From the NCBI GenBank assembly GCA_964016885.1, contig OZ024743.1, positions 360,282,001 to 360,346,000 on the forward strand: 64,000 nt of DNA. The letters are read 5' to 3'. The translations under genes were made by a program, and so were the position numbers. Shown here piece by piece: positions 29,397 to 43,385 of the stretch. The stretch comes from Eledone cirrhosa. Lineage: Eukaryota. The notes below the pieces were generated by a model. The model did not search any database and was not told where the DNA came from. It saw only the letters and a list, made by a program, of their open reading frames with translations. How positions within the stretch are numbered: position 1 is the stretch's first letter; every line of letters begins with the position of its first letter.

Positions 29397-29581
29397 GGTG
29401 CGGGTGAAATGAATTGAGCTTAGCGGAAAAGTCTGGATACGGCGTGGTAGGGTCGGAAAGTGCTCTACTACGGGAGTAAGAGCTAGATAACGAAGGAAAT
29501 GTGGTAAGGAACCAGGTGGACCATAACGCACCAAAGTACTCAATACTTGAGGTAGTAGAGTGGGTAATAGGAACCAGTAAG

Positions 29582-29675
29582 ACCCCGACAGCTGAGCTCA
29601 AGCCATTTCGACGGCTAATTCTGGGCTAAATGAAAATTTATCCTGGTATTTAAATAGCCGATCTTCTCAAGGGGT
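29582..29675 (-). ncRNA. Family A HHR in the pseudo-LTR upstream of the ORF
   Basis: Same fold as 21637-21730. The predicted cut is ~190 nt upstream of the ATG. Confidence 0.82.
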
Positions 29676-31284
29676 AATTCCATATATGGTCAAAGTGATT
29701 GTCAAAAATCAGTAGTAATTCTGTGGTTGCAAATTAGTAGGGGAGATGGTGGCTAAACCTGCCAGTAGGAGAAAGAGGGGAGGGGGTGTAGTAGACCCAA
29801 TCGAGCGTTGGTAGTGCCAGCTACAGCTGGGCATGAGGTCAAAGAAAATACTGGGGAGGGGGAGGGGGAGGAAGTCGGAACGGTAGGTAGAACAATGGGG
29901 GGGGGGGTTTACAAATATATAGGAAAGAAAAAATACTGAGAGTGAAGAAAAGCAAATAAGTGTGAAGAAAAAAGTAAAGTAAATTCTACGAACTAGGTCT
30001 CTAGCTATTGTTAGGCTAGAATAAATAAATAAATAAATAAAGAAAGAAAGAAGTAAAGAAAGAAATAAAGATATAACGAAATAAGTAAAAGAACTAGGTA
30101 GGACGAACTAGGCAAGGACCCTTTAAGAGGTATAAGTACGTAAATGATACGGTGACGGGTCAACAAAAGGGGCCAAAATACTAAAGAGACTACCACGAAA
30201 TAAACAATAAAGGTTTCCATCCCGGGCACAATGCCAGCAACCACCCATGCAGCAAAGTGAACTAGTACGAGATAGTACCCCCACCCCCTCCCCTAGTCTA
30301 TGATAGATTTGGCGGACTCCGCCTTTTATAGCAGTTGGTTTAGACCCCGGATACTTGTCCCCTTTTTCCGACCGCTCCCACTATTCTCTGTGCCCTCTAT
30401 ATTTCTTAGTGGCACTTATGCCTTATTTTTTCGTTTCAGTATTTCTTTCTTCGCTTTTCTTTTGGGCGGGGTGGATTCTGAATTTATTTTTCCGTATTCT
30501 ACCTTTACCTCATACGAACTTTCATGTAGCTTGTTTTAGATCTTTTAGAGTTAGCATTAGTATATATTTTTCTCGGGACTCAGAATTATTATCTCGTACT
30601 AGTTCACTTTGCTGCATGGGTGGTTGCTGGCATTGTGCCCGGGATGGAAACCTTTATTGTTTATTTCGTGGTAGTCTCTTTAGTATTTTGGCCCCTTTTG
30701 TTGACCCGTCACCGTATCATTTACGTACTTATACCTCTTAAAGGGTCCTTGCCTATTACGTCCTACCTAGTTCTTTTACTTATTTCGTTATATCTTTATT
30801 TATTTCTTTACTTCATTCTTTCTTTATTTATTTATTTATTTATTCTAGCCTAACAATAGCTAGAGACCTAGGTCGTAGAATTTACTTTACTTTTTTTTTA
30901 CACTTATTTGCTTTTCTTCACTCTTAGTATTTTTTCTTTCCTATATATTTCTACCCCCCATTGTTCTACCTACCGTTCCGACTTCCTCCCCCTCCCCCTC
31001 CCCAGTATTTTCTTTGACCTCATGCCCAGCTGTAGCTGGCACTACCAACGCTCGATTGGGTCTACTCCACCCCCTCCCCTCTTTCTCCTACTGGCAGGTT
31101 TAGCCACCATCTCCCCTACTAATTTGCAACCACAGAATTACTACTGATTTTTGACAATCACTTTGACCATATATGGAATTACCCCTTGAGAAGATCGGCT
31201 ATTTAAATACCAGGATAAATTTTCATTTAGTCCAGAATTAGCCGTCGAAACGGCTTGAGCTCAGCTGTCGGGGTCTTACTGGTT

Positions 31285-31349
<65 letters not shown>

Positions 31350-31358
31350 GTATATATA

Positions 31359-31770
31359 CATGGCGGCTGCCAACTCGTTTTCGAGTACGGCCACTACTCT
31401 ATATCCATGTAGGAGAACCCCTACCGATACGCTGAACGAGTGTGACTTTTTAGTCCAGCCTGTAACATGAAAACTCTGGTACAAACACTACACTTGTGAC
31501 AATTATTGACACATAGTGCTGGGCCCATGTTACCATGTGACGGCAAGTGCAGTGAGATCTCCAGATATAAAGCAATGCCTGTGCCGTGAAGCTTTTATAG
31601 TGAGCAAAAGCACTGCACAAAGCCAGTCCCACTCTCTTAACCAAGATGATGTTTACCAAAAAGAAGAACAAGTCAACATCATTGGATACCATCAGGGTTG
31701 CATGTGTTATATCAGACTTTTCCTTCTCCTAGAATTCTGCCTTGACAAAGGCTAAGAGGTCATCTCTCCC
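31359..31770 (-). mobile_element. Repeat 'B', copy 3
   Basis: Homologous to 24790-25200. Confidence 0.7.
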
Positions 31771-31789
31771 GGATATATATATATAGAGA

Positions 31790-34200
31790 GAGTCCATCGA
31801 ATAATAAGTATGGATTTAGGACATTTAGGAGCCCGCCCATAACCCTCTACTCGATAAGTTTGAGAGTGACCTATTGTCTCTCGTCCGGTCTATTAGGTAT
31901 AAAAGGAAAAACGGTAAGCGTAGCGGCTTCCAAACTAAGTTAGAATCACTAGTTAAATCTTTTAAGGACAGAAACTGTATACTCATACCCTCGGACAAGA
32001 CTAAGAATATGTACAACCTGAGTTATGAAGAATACGGCGGATTCATATACAATGAGCTACATAAAAACTATAAAAAAAACCACTGTAGCCAACCTAAATG
32101 AGATTAACAGGGAGGCTAAAGTGATAGTAACGAAGCTAGGATTAGAAAAATGCACACAACCTTAGACCCCCCGACAACGAAGGTTCACATTGAAAGATCA
32201 TAAGGAGGACTTTGCAAGTAGCCCCTCTGTCAGGCTCAATAGCCCCTCTAAATCTGACATAGGGATTATTAGTAAAAAAATACTAGATGAAGTCATACCG
32301 AAAGTTAAGGACAGGATTAGCCTGGACCTATGGGCAAACACTGCAGAAGTGATAAAGTGGTTCTCAAGCATAGCAACCACAAATCACTACGTTTCATCCA
32401 GTTCGATATAGACTCCTACTATACGTCTATATCCCCCATACTACTGAATAAGGCGCTCATGATGGCAATGCGGACGGGCGGACTCACTAGATCCCAGACT
32501 GACATAGTCCTTGCCGCTCGTAAAACAATTATCACATTTGAGGATGAATTGTGGACGCGCAAGAACACTCGTAACAACTTCTACATCACTATGGGGTCTA
32601 GTGACACAGCACAGGTGACAGACCTCGTCGGATTGTACTTGCTCAAGGAGCTCAACGAGCAGTTCCCACACCTCAGAGGTGGGCTATACCGTGACGACGC
32701 ATTGCTTACTGTGGACTTTAAACGACACAAACTAGAAAGAACTAGAAGGGACCTATATAAATTCTTCAAGAACTTTAACCTATCAATAACTATGGATAGA
32801 AATAGCAAGGTAGTCAACTTTCTAGATACCACACTAGACCTAGATAAATTAGAATATGCACCGTACCATAAACCTAACGAGAGGCTGACATACGTCAATG
32901 CCAACTCCATCCACCCAGGCTCAGTCCTCAAAGCAATAGTTAAGGGAGTATCTAGTAGGATTAGCCGACTATCTAGCAGCGTGACCGCATTTGAAGCGAA
33001 CGCGGAGTATTACAATAAGGCGCTAGCTGGGTCAGGGCACAAAGATAAACTCCAGTATATAGAGACAGGCAGCACCACCCCACCACCCCAATCCAGCACT
33101 GTAATCACGCATAATATGTCCATGGGAGATGGAGGGAGAGCTAGAAAGACGAATAGGGACAATAGGAATTTAGCTAAGAACAACAACACTAGCAATGCAG
33201 AGACGGATAGGGCCCACGCACCTGGAAAGCACTACGCCGCCCCAAGCAAGTCCAACAGTGAAAACGGGGGCCAGAGGCCTACGAGACTCGAGACCAAAAC
33301 ACATACCACTGGGAGCCCAGCAACCACACCTCGTAGAACCCGTAAAAATATAGACGAAGGGAGGGTAAGCAGCATAGGGGATAAGAAACGCAGTGGAAGG
33401 AATAGAAGACGTGATAGTACCTTCTTTAACCCGCCCTTCAACTCTAATGTTACTACAGACCTCCCCAAATCTTTTTTCTCTTTAATAGATAGGAACTTCC
33501 CCCCAGGTAGTAGCTACGGTAGTGTCATCAATAAGAATACTATCAAACTATCGTACTCAACAACCCCTAATCTGGCCTCACACCTAGCTAAGACCAATAA
33601 GAGTAAGATTAAAGAGGGACTTAAGGCCATCCGAAATAGTGAACCACGCCAGTACACACGACAACACGGGACCAACCCACTGAGTGAAAGACCCAGGGGA
33701 TAACAGGCAATAAAACTGGTCCCACTAGGCAGCCCCGCGGCCGCTTGGAGGGACATGCACCCCTGATTTAGGAGCATGACCCTACTAGAAAGTGTAATTG
33801 CAGACGGAAGGGCAAATGCCCACTAGCTGGACACTGCCTTATTAGGAATGTAGTATATGCATGTAACGTAACCACAGACACGTATACTAAGACGTATGTG
33901 GGATCAACCGCTAACCAGTTCAAGTCAAGATTCAACACCCACCAGCATAGCTTCCGATATGAGAAGCTTAAAAATACCACGTCGTTAGCGGGGCACATAC
34001 ATAACTTAAAACAAACAAAAACCTCCTACACACTAAGCTGGAGATGCCTTACTAAAGCTCCTCCATATAGCTCGTTGAGCAGGTTTTGTAGCCTGTGCCT
34101 AACTGAATCTCATGCCATAGTTTCTCAGGACTCACTTGCTCAACAGGAGATCAGAAATCTTCTCCTCCTGCCCCCACACTATACTTAGCTCTTTCTTTTT
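31790..34200 (+). pseudogene. PLE RT (YRDD-type) plus GIY-YIG ORF, frameshifted and 5'-truncated
   Basis: PSDKTKNMY, KDHKEDF..SKSDIG, FIQFDIDSYY, MGSSDTAQVTDLVG, LYRDDAL, FFNPPF, CNCRRKGKCP, VVYAC..YVGST. Confidence 0.9.
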
Positions 34201-34411
34201 CTTCAGACCAGACACATAGCCCTGACCCCACCCTGTCACGCACATGGCTGCCCCGCTGGCGAATAGGGTGCTCTTTAGTAACCCCGGCCGCATTGATGCC
34301 TCGGCTCCCCGATTACCGATGGGGACTCTGGTGAGGAACAGTTGACCCTGTGTCCCTATTGCCAACCTGGGATTGGTGGCAGCATTGTTGCTGGGCACCC
34401 GGCGGGCAGAT

Positions 34412-34670
34412 GATGCCTGCCGTGTGGTACATTGTGAGTGCCTGGACCCACGTTGACTAATCTGGGGAGGTGACGTCGGAGATGTATGTCAACAAATTCG
34501 GGAATTTGCCCAAGGAAACAGTAACAGAACAACCAATATGGATACCTGCGGTGTGGGACATTGTGAGTGCCTGGACCCACGTTGACTAATCTGGGGAGGT
34601 ACCGTCGGAGATGTATGTCAACAAATACGGGAACTTGCCCAGGGAAACAGTAACAGAACACCCAATATGG
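34412..34670. repeat. 2 x 129-bp direct tandem repeat in the PLE 3'UTR
   Basis: Units start at 34412 and 34541. Confidence 0.9.
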
Positions 34671-35633
34671 CGGCCGCTCCCTGCCTATAACCAATCAAAC
34701 CCCCTCCTCCCCTAATAAACCCCCGCCCAAATAGATGCCCCTCCACATTCTCCCCCACTCACTTCTTTTGAGTTAGTTCTTCTTTATTATTAGTGGTTCT
34801 TTTTGAGTTAGTTCTTTATTAATAGTGATTTTTTGGTATATTACCACGGTTGACTTAATGAGCTTGGAGAGTTGACTCCCTTGATGTCTAACCACTCGAT
34901 AAGTTAGGGGTTGTGCCCCTTGAGCAGGGGTGTGTCTAGCTGGTCTACCTGCTGTCTGCTACTACCCGAAACTGGACACGGTCGTAGCCACAGACCAGCG
35001 CGTGCGCGATAGTATGGAATATATATTTTCTGCTAGTCACCTCGTGTAATGTGATACCCCAAGATTCCATGCATGAGATTCACCGAAGCATGCGCAGTCT
35101 TAACCGGGAGATGACAAACGAACTTGAAAATAACACAAGAGAGACCCTTTGGATAGCGTAGACGCCGGACCATACCCGCAAATATATACAGACCTGTCTT
35201 GAATATGCATGGCTGATGCAATATGGATAACACGACCAACATCTAAGCTGGAACCGACCCCTACAAAAAACAAAGAGGGGACAGCCCTTCGCATTTGACC
35301 AGTCGCGTGTGTGCTTGGAGTTCGTAGTATACCACCCCAGTCAAATCCACACTGGTTTTTTTTACCAATATAGCATGTAAACCAATACATCCTATGCAGC
35401 GAGACATTGGATTTAGAACCGGCAGCGTGCAATCCCCGAAACTAAAAGATCGAACGGACCACACCCAGCAACCACTAGCTATTTGATCTACAGGTACATT
35501 TTTCAGAGAGTCCACGCAGCTGATAGTGAATCCCAGTTGATTCGTGAACTCTGAACTTTTAAACAAGACCAAATGTGCCTGGAGCTATGCATAATGGATA
35601 TCGCGCCCACAAGGTCACCTGTATTGTTTATCC

Positions 35634-36010
35634 TGCTGTATGTGTGTAAAGTATCCGTGCGTGGGATATCCCTGAGTACATTTTCTTGACTACCAATAGT
35701 TAATTGATTGTTTGTTAATTACGCAGGAGCATACCATTATGTCTTTGTTAATCATATGTGATGCTGTATGTGTGTAAAGTATCCGAGAGCGGGATATCCC
35801 TGAGATAATTTTGCTTAACTCTTAATTGTTTATGGATTTTTTGTTAATTAGGTAGGAATATATTATTATGTCTTTGTTAATCCTGTATCAATAATTTTAT
35901 AGTAATTTTTTAATCCTGTATCAATAGTTTTATGATAATTTTGTAATAATTTTATAATAATTTTATAATAATTTTATAATAATTTTGTGATAATTTTGTA
36001 ATAAGTTTTT
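35634..36010. repeat. 2 x ~128-bp tandem repeat followed by an 11-bp (TTTTATAATAA)n minisatellite
   Basis: TGCTGTATGTGTGTAAAGTATCCG occurs at 35634 and 35762. Confidence 0.85.
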
Positions 36011-36992
36011 GATAGTACATTATTAGATTACTGAAGCTACCTTATACCTTCTTAAAAATACATTTTATAATTATTGTCTTTTAAAAATACGTTTTATAAT
36101 TATTGTCTTTTTGCTTATGTATTTTCTTACTTATAATTTTCTTTAATCTTGCCCAACTTGATAAGCTCTTTGAATTGCTCCCTAATTAAATTACTTAAAT
36201 TACTTAAATTATTTTATCTCTTATACCTAAGTTGTATCTGTTGAAGCAGCCCTTTGAAAATTCCTCGGATATCCCAAATACCGTAATTTTTAACTTTTAA
36301 TGTATAATTTTCCTCAATTCATTTATATATATCCTTAAAGGCTCTCTAAAATTTTAATTCTTCGAAGGGTCTCTCGGAGGAGGTTCCTATTAAAAATATT
36401 AAAGGGGCCTTTTCTGAGGGGTTTATTGAAGGCTTTTTGAATTAACCTTTAATTGATTAGTTTCTTTCAACTTAGTAGGGATTATCAAAACTTCGTAAAT
36501 TTTCTGAAATTTTTTAAACGAGATCTCTGGGGAAGAAAGTTTTTTTCTTTCGAAAGAAATGTTTTTCTCTCGAAGGAACTTCTTGGGAAACTTTATATTT
36601 TTTTAGGGAAACTTTATATCTTTATTTTTTTATTTTATTAGTCTCTTAATCTCTTCTAGTTTGTTAAGTTTATTGGGGCTTGTAAGCTTTATGCACTTAT
36701 TGAGGGATTTTTTAAGGTGGTTCTACGAGATCCCAAGTCTTTTACTTTTAATGCATAAATTATAAATTATCTAATTTTTAACCTTCAATCCCTGACTCTT
36801 AGGCCATTTTCAAATTCTCTTAACTCCCCATAACCCATCCCTTTTACAATTCCGACAACTAATATAAAAGAGCCCCCTTAGAATATAGACCCCAAATATA
36901 CAAGCGGAGCTGCTGATGTATACCACAATTTCCAACTGCTAGTCTTAAGTGATACGTTTATGTAAATAATGAACTTACAATTACATGTTATA

Positions 36993-37039
36993 TGCCTTGA
37001 AAAGTCCCACCATATGGTCGGACGAAACGGCTGTCGGCA
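36993..37039 (+). ncRNA. Type I HHR, U3-A8 core
   Basis: tgcc-TTGAAAA-gtcc.caccatatggtc.ggac-GAAA-CGGCTG-TC-ggca, followed by AATAAA. Confidence 0.82.
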
Positions 37040-37192
37040 ATAAACTTGTTATAATATCATAATAGTTCCTTTCTTCTTTTTCATTAATATTTCTGCTCTG
37101 CTTAAACGCATAGAGCTTAACTAGCTAGAGTCGCATATTTGGTAGGTCAGACGTAATCATCGCGATTCACATACGACCTACCATACATCTTA

Positions 37193-37195
<3 letters not shown>

Positions 37196-37280
<85 letters not shown>

Positions 37281-37609
37281 CATATATACGTATATATATA
37301 TACATATATATGTATATATATATATATATACATATATATGTATATATATATATATATATACATATATATGTATATATATATATGTACATATATATGTATA
37401 TATATATATATAGATATATATGTATATATATACATATATATGTATATATATATATATACATATATATGTATATATATACATACATATATATATACATACA
37501 TATATACATATATATACATATATATATATACATACATATATATATATATACACATACATATATATATATATATATATACATATATATACATATATATGCA
37601 TATATATAC

Positions 37610-37641
<32 letters not shown>

Positions 37642-37642
37642 A
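37196..37642. repeat. (TA)n/(TATACA)n microsatellite
   Basis: Directly visible. Confidence 0.97.
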
Positions 37643-40600
37643 TATTGTTATATTTGGGGAGGGTCATATTTGCGTAATATTGCCAGAATTAATAACAGAA
37701 CACACTCACTGTTTGGTTGGTTTTCGCTTCTCGCTGTCTTTTATATCTGCGATCTAACTTACTCGGTCCTCAATGTTGCCATTGACTGACCGGCGGTCAA
37801 AAATAATACAGATACAATATAGACACAAACACATATATATAGTTTACATAATTTACATAAATCTTTCGTTGCACATCTGCAACATCGTCAGTGGTGTTAT
37901 ATTCATTGTTCCTCCTGTTGTGTTGTATGTTTACGCCATTTTTTTATTCAGTCTGTCTATATATTTATTTCTTTATTTGCTTATTTGTTTATCTTATTTT
38001 ATTTTGTCTTCTTTGCGCATGCGTTTGCGTGTGTGTATAGTGTTATGTGTGCTGTGTGACTAGTGTGTATAGTGTTGTGTCTGCTGGGTGACTAGTGTGT
38101 GTTTATGTGCTTGTTGTTATTGTGCTTGTGTATGTATTTATTTATCTTATTTTATTTTATTTTATTTACTTATTTATACTTCTCTTAGGTCAGTGTTGTT
38201 TGTTTGGGTGTTGTTGTTGTTCCACTCATTCTTTCTGTTTAGCTTTGGTCTTCTAATTTCTATTTCACTGGCCTCTCTGATTTGCCGATCTGCTGGGTCA
38301 TTCCTATGTTTAGATATTATTCTAATTTCTATGTTGTATATGTTACCGTCATGTTGTTGTCAAGCATGTTCGTATAGTACTGACCCGTTTTTTCGTACTT
38401 TTAGTTCCCCCCAGTGTTGGTCTATCCTTTCACCTATGCTACGAGCTGTCTCACCTATGTATGTTGTTGTCATGTTTCTACAAGTACCCTCTGTACATCT
38501 TATGCTATAGACTACGTTTCTAGTTTTACAGTTTACAGGACCACCAACAAGACCCGTATGCGGAGCTAATATAGCTAGCAACTACAGGATCTCCTACTTC
38601 CTCTCAATGGTTATACGCCCCATAATCAAGATGTCCCCAGATGTATGTGAAAGTACAGAGGACCTCCTCAGCAGAATCAGTGAGTGCAACAAAAACAGGA
38701 GCCTATCCAACTGCATAATAGGCAGCATGGATGTGGTGTCACTGTACCCATCCATTAACATTGATTTTGCTGTGAAAAGATGTGTGGAGATGATCATTGA
38801 GAGTGAGGTGGAGTTCTGCGACGTCGACACAGACGAACTGGGCCTCCTACTTAGACTTACCTACGACACTGACTACCTAGACAGCCATGACCTTAGATGT
38901 TTCTGCCCTAGTAGACCTATAAGAGGTAGACCCCCACACCATAACCTCAATGGCTAAAAAGACTCCCATAGGAAGGTGGATTGGGTGGACCAAAGTTATA
39001 CGGACCCCCAAAACACTGATCAGGTAAGAAAAATGGTCGCACATGCAATAGGGGCTAGTATCAAAACTACCCTAAAGGGCCACATATTTAAGTTCAATGA
39101 GAAAATCTACACCCAAAATGAGGGAGCAGCCATCGGCGTCAGCATAGCTGGTGATGTTGCCAACCTTTTCATGGTATGGTGGGAAAGGAGACTTAAAGGT
39201 CTCCTTAATGAAAGCTCCATAGACCTCATCATGTACTCTCGTTATGTAGACGATATCAATATAGTTATAAGAACACCCCCACTAGAGAGCACTAACAAGT
39301 TTGATTTAGAACGTAGCACGATGGAAAGCATCCAGCAGATAGCTAATTCCATACACCAGAGTATAACTGTAACTATCGACTTCCCTTCCAAACACCCTAA
39401 CAATAGACTACCTGTATTAGACACAGAACTCTGGATTAACACTATAGACGAGAGAGCCCAAATTCTCCACTCACACTATGCTAAACCCATGGCCTCCAAA
39501 TACCTGATACTCAAAAACTCAGCAATGTCCAGTAGTGCTAAGTTTAATATTCTGATCGCAGATTTGGTACGAGTGATGAAGAATGTGTCCAGCATGTGCG
39601 ACCCAACAGAAATGGAAAGACACATCCAACACTTCATCAACCGCATGCAGTTCTCTGGCTACAACCAAAGAGACAGAGTCAGAGTATACGAAGGAGCCAT
39701 GGAAAAGTATAAGACCCTCATAGAACTGGACATGAAAGGAATTTGCCCACTATACAGGAGCAAATCATGGAATAGCTTAGATAGGGCTAGACATAAGATA
39801 GGGAAGGCCACATCATGGTACGACAACCAGAGATATCAGAGTGTCATGTTTGTGGACGCCAGCCCTGGAGGGAAATTAGCTAACCAGTGTAGAAAGTCAC
39901 TGAGAAAGACCCACTTAAAAATAAAGGTGGTAGAAAAGCCAGGAACCACCATAAAATCCCTGATCAGCAAAACCTACCCTTTTAAGAAAACCCACTGTAC
40001 CAATAGGAAATGTATCATATGTAAGGTGAACCCCCGGATAAACTGTAAAACTAGAAACGTAGTCTATAGCATAAGATGTACAGAGGGTACTAGCAGAAAC
40101 ATGACAACAACATACATAGGTGAGACAGCTCGTAGCATAGGTGAAAGGATAGACCAACACTGGGTGGAACTAAAAGGACGAAACAACGGGTCAGTACTAT
40201 ACGAACATGCTAGACAACAACAGGACGGTATCATAGACAACATAGAAATTAGAATAATATCTAAACATAAGAATGACCCAGCAGATAGGCAAATCAGAGA
40301 GGCCAGTGAAATAGAAATTAGAAGACCAAAGCTAAACAGAAAGAATGAGTGGAACAACAACAACACCCAAACAAACAACACTGACCTAAGAGAAGTATAA
40401 ATAAGTAAATAAAATAAAATAAAATAAGATAAATAAATACATACACAAGCACAATAACAACAAGCACATAAACACACACTAGTCACCCAGCAGACACAAC
40501 ACTATACACACTAGTCACACAGCACACATAACACTATACACACTAGTCACACAACACACATAACACTATACACACACGCCAACGCATGCGCAAAGAAGAC

Positions 40601-40962
40601 AAAATAAAATAAGATAAACAAACAAGCAAATAAAGAAATAAATATATAGACAGACTGAATAAAAAATGGCGTAGACATACAACACAACAGGAGGAACAAT
40701 GAATATAACACCACTGACGATGTTGCAGATGTGCAACGAAAGATTTATGTAAATTATGTAAACTATATATATGTGTTTGTGTCTATATTGTATCTGTATT
40801 ATTTTTGACCGCCGGTCAGTCAATGGCAACATTGAGGACCGAGTAAGTTAGATCGCAGATATAAAAGACAGCGAGAAGCGAAAACCAACCAAACAGTGAG
40901 TGTGTTCTGTTATTAATTCTGGCAATATTACGCAAATATGACCCTCCCCAGATATAACAATA
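37643..40962 (+). mobile_element. 5'-truncated PLE (YVDD/RMQFSGY lineage) with ~900-bp inverted 3' copy
   Basis: 37643-38537 is the reverse complement of ~40043-40962. HHR candidates at 40711-40750 (+) and 37855-37894 (-) read cca-CTGACGA-t-gttgca.gatg.tgcaac-GAAA-GATT-TA. Confidence 0.92.
38540..40400 (+). pseudogene. PLE RT plus GIY-YIG ORF, frameshift near 38940
   Basis: TRPVCGA, GSMDVVSLYPSI, QNEGAAIG, RYVDD, LPVLDTELW, RMQFSGY, CxxxxCxxC, VVYSIRC..YIGET. Confidence 0.92.
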
Positions 40963-41001
40963 TCTGTTTCGACACACGATGTCATATAAAAAACCTCGCT
41001 A

Positions 41002-41104
<103 letters not shown>

Positions 41105-41131
41105 CATATATATGTATATATATATATATAT

Positions 41132-41318
41132 ATCGAATAGACCAGGCTATTATTTTACACCTAATTCTCTAATTCTGTTTAATTTACTGTATCTGGGCGA
41201 TTACGCTGTCGAAATATTCGATAAATATTCCGTCGCGGCCGACGTGAAGGGCTAGTTTCGGTTATTTGTTGGAGATTTCTTCATAGAAGCCTTACTCTTA
41301 TAGCCGGGTCTATTCGAT
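41132..41318. mobile_element. MITE-like element, 19-bp terminal inverted repeats
   Basis: ATCGAATAGACCAGGCTAT ... ATAGCCGGGTCTATTCGAT, with one mismatch. Confidence 0.6.
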
Positions 41319-41472
41319 TTTTTATATAGTTAATTATGCTAATTGGGAGAGGAAATGGTATATATTTTATCTTGTGATTATATAGCCATGTTTTATGATA
41401 TATAGCTCTGATTATTTAATTTATTAACTTTTAATTGAGCTACAAAGTGACCCGTTGCAAAACACGTATATG

Positions 41473-41552
<80 letters not shown>

Positions 41553-41753
41553 TTTATATGTAATAATCTCCCATTAGGTTGAGATACAAATTTTGCTGTA
41601 CTGTGCTGTGCTTTCTAGCAAAAGGCCACCAGCCGTAAGCAACTACCGCATCCCTACCAACCTGACCGCTGCTACGTCACGATTCTTAGCCATTTTTGAA
41701 TGAATTCTTGGCGCGATCACTTTGGAAAATTTAATGTCTGCATTAGAGCAAAA

Positions 41754-41826
41754 CTCCTGAAGAGTCCGATGCTCGAGTTTCCAAAGTTACTGGAAATCTC
41801 AAAATGCGGACGAAACCATGGTAGAG
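41754..41826 (+). ncRNA. Type I HHR, canonical core
   Basis: ctc-CTGAAGA-gtccg..gag.tttcca.aagttac.tggaaa.tctc..cggac-GAAA-CCATGG-TA-gag, followed by AATAAA. Confidence 0.85.
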
Positions 41827-42379
41827 GTAAATAAATGTATTCTATTTTCTCCAAGTTTATTTTACACATAACTCTGACTATTATCACAACAACGAACATC
41901 TTTACTACTACTACTACTACACACACACACACACATATATGTTTTGAAAGACTTATTTTTCAGTGACTTCTCAATCAGCCGACACAAACCTACATTGGGC
42001 GCAAAATCAATTTTTAACATTCACATGACCTCTACCGACCAATCAAAATTGTTTTGAGCACAAGAATTTTTGCAACACGAATTGACGCGAAACTGATTTT
42101 AATACCTCTGAACCACTTTTTTCACATAAAAACAGGTAGAATTTCCAAAACTAATCAGATTAAAGCAAACATAACTGACGCTCTATCTCAAAATTTTTTT
42201 GGAAAAGCATTAGAAATGCGCAACCGGTAAAACTTAAAACCAAAACTGAATACTAACCAATACTATTACTAATACTCACTTATTCCTAATTAAACTATTT
42301 TTCACTGTGAACAGTTTGTCAGCATTTTATTTTCTGTTTACCAATATATCATAACTTGTGTGTTACACCTCTATTCTTT

Positions 42380-42461
<82 letters not shown>

Positions 42462-42466
<5 letters not shown>

Positions 42467-42715
42467 AAAAAGGATGAAATCGAAAATGCAACTGGTGCCT
42501 TTTTTCAAAAAAATATATATTTATTTGGTTCCTTTACCGGTTTCGCAGTTCTTCTGCTTTTAAAAAGTATAATTTATATGGATGGTTATAATTTCGATGT
42601 AGGAAATAAAATAAATATATATCTTTTTTTTCGATTTCATCTTTTTTCCTTATACTTTCGCTCGTGTAGGACACGTGGGTTATTTTTTATTTTGTAGTAA
42701 AAATTTAACTTTTTA

Positions 42716-42756
<41 letters not shown>

Positions 42757-42790
42757 TATATATATATATATGTATATATATATATCTACA

Positions 42791-42842
<52 letters not shown>

Positions 42843-43086
42843 TATGTATATTTGTATATACATATATATGTATATATACATATATATGTATATATATATA
42901 TATACAAATATATGTATATATATATATACATATATATGTATATATATATATACATATATATGTATATATATATATATACATATATGTATATATATGTATA
43001 TACATATATATGTATATATATATACATATATATGTATATATATATACACACATATATATGTATATGTATTTATACATATATATGTA

Positions 43087-43138
<52 letters not shown>

Positions 43139-43140
43139 AA

Positions 43141-43178
<38 letters not shown>

Positions 43179-43276
43179 TATGTATATATATATACATATA
43201 TATGTATATATATATATACATATATATGTATATATATATATATATATACATATATATGTATATATATATATATATG

Positions 43277-43307
<31 letters not shown>

Positions 43308-43312
43308 GTATA

Positions 43313-43385
<73 letters not shown>

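Larger units (their letters stand above)
25557..31287 (-). mobile_element. Near full-length PLE family A with tandem and inverted pseudo-LTRs
   Basis: Minus-strand pLTR at 29490-30272, ORF, 3'UTR and second pLTR down to 25557. Plus-oriented segments lie at 26632-27016 and 30274-31287. HHRs occur at 25650-25743 (-), 29582-29675 (-) and 31181-31274 (+). Confidence 0.92.

Noticed and set aside
29397-29601. N-terminal extension MSTLVRYG... of the family A ORF
   Set aside because: It relies on a TTG start in the leader. The first ATG at 29396 precedes the conserved KNIPIP motif.
34911-34992. HHR-like motif TTGAGCA...GAAA-CTGGACACGG-TC downstream of the 31790 PLE
   Set aside because: The position fits, but there is a U3-C8 mismatch and stem I is poor. 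It is at best degenerate.
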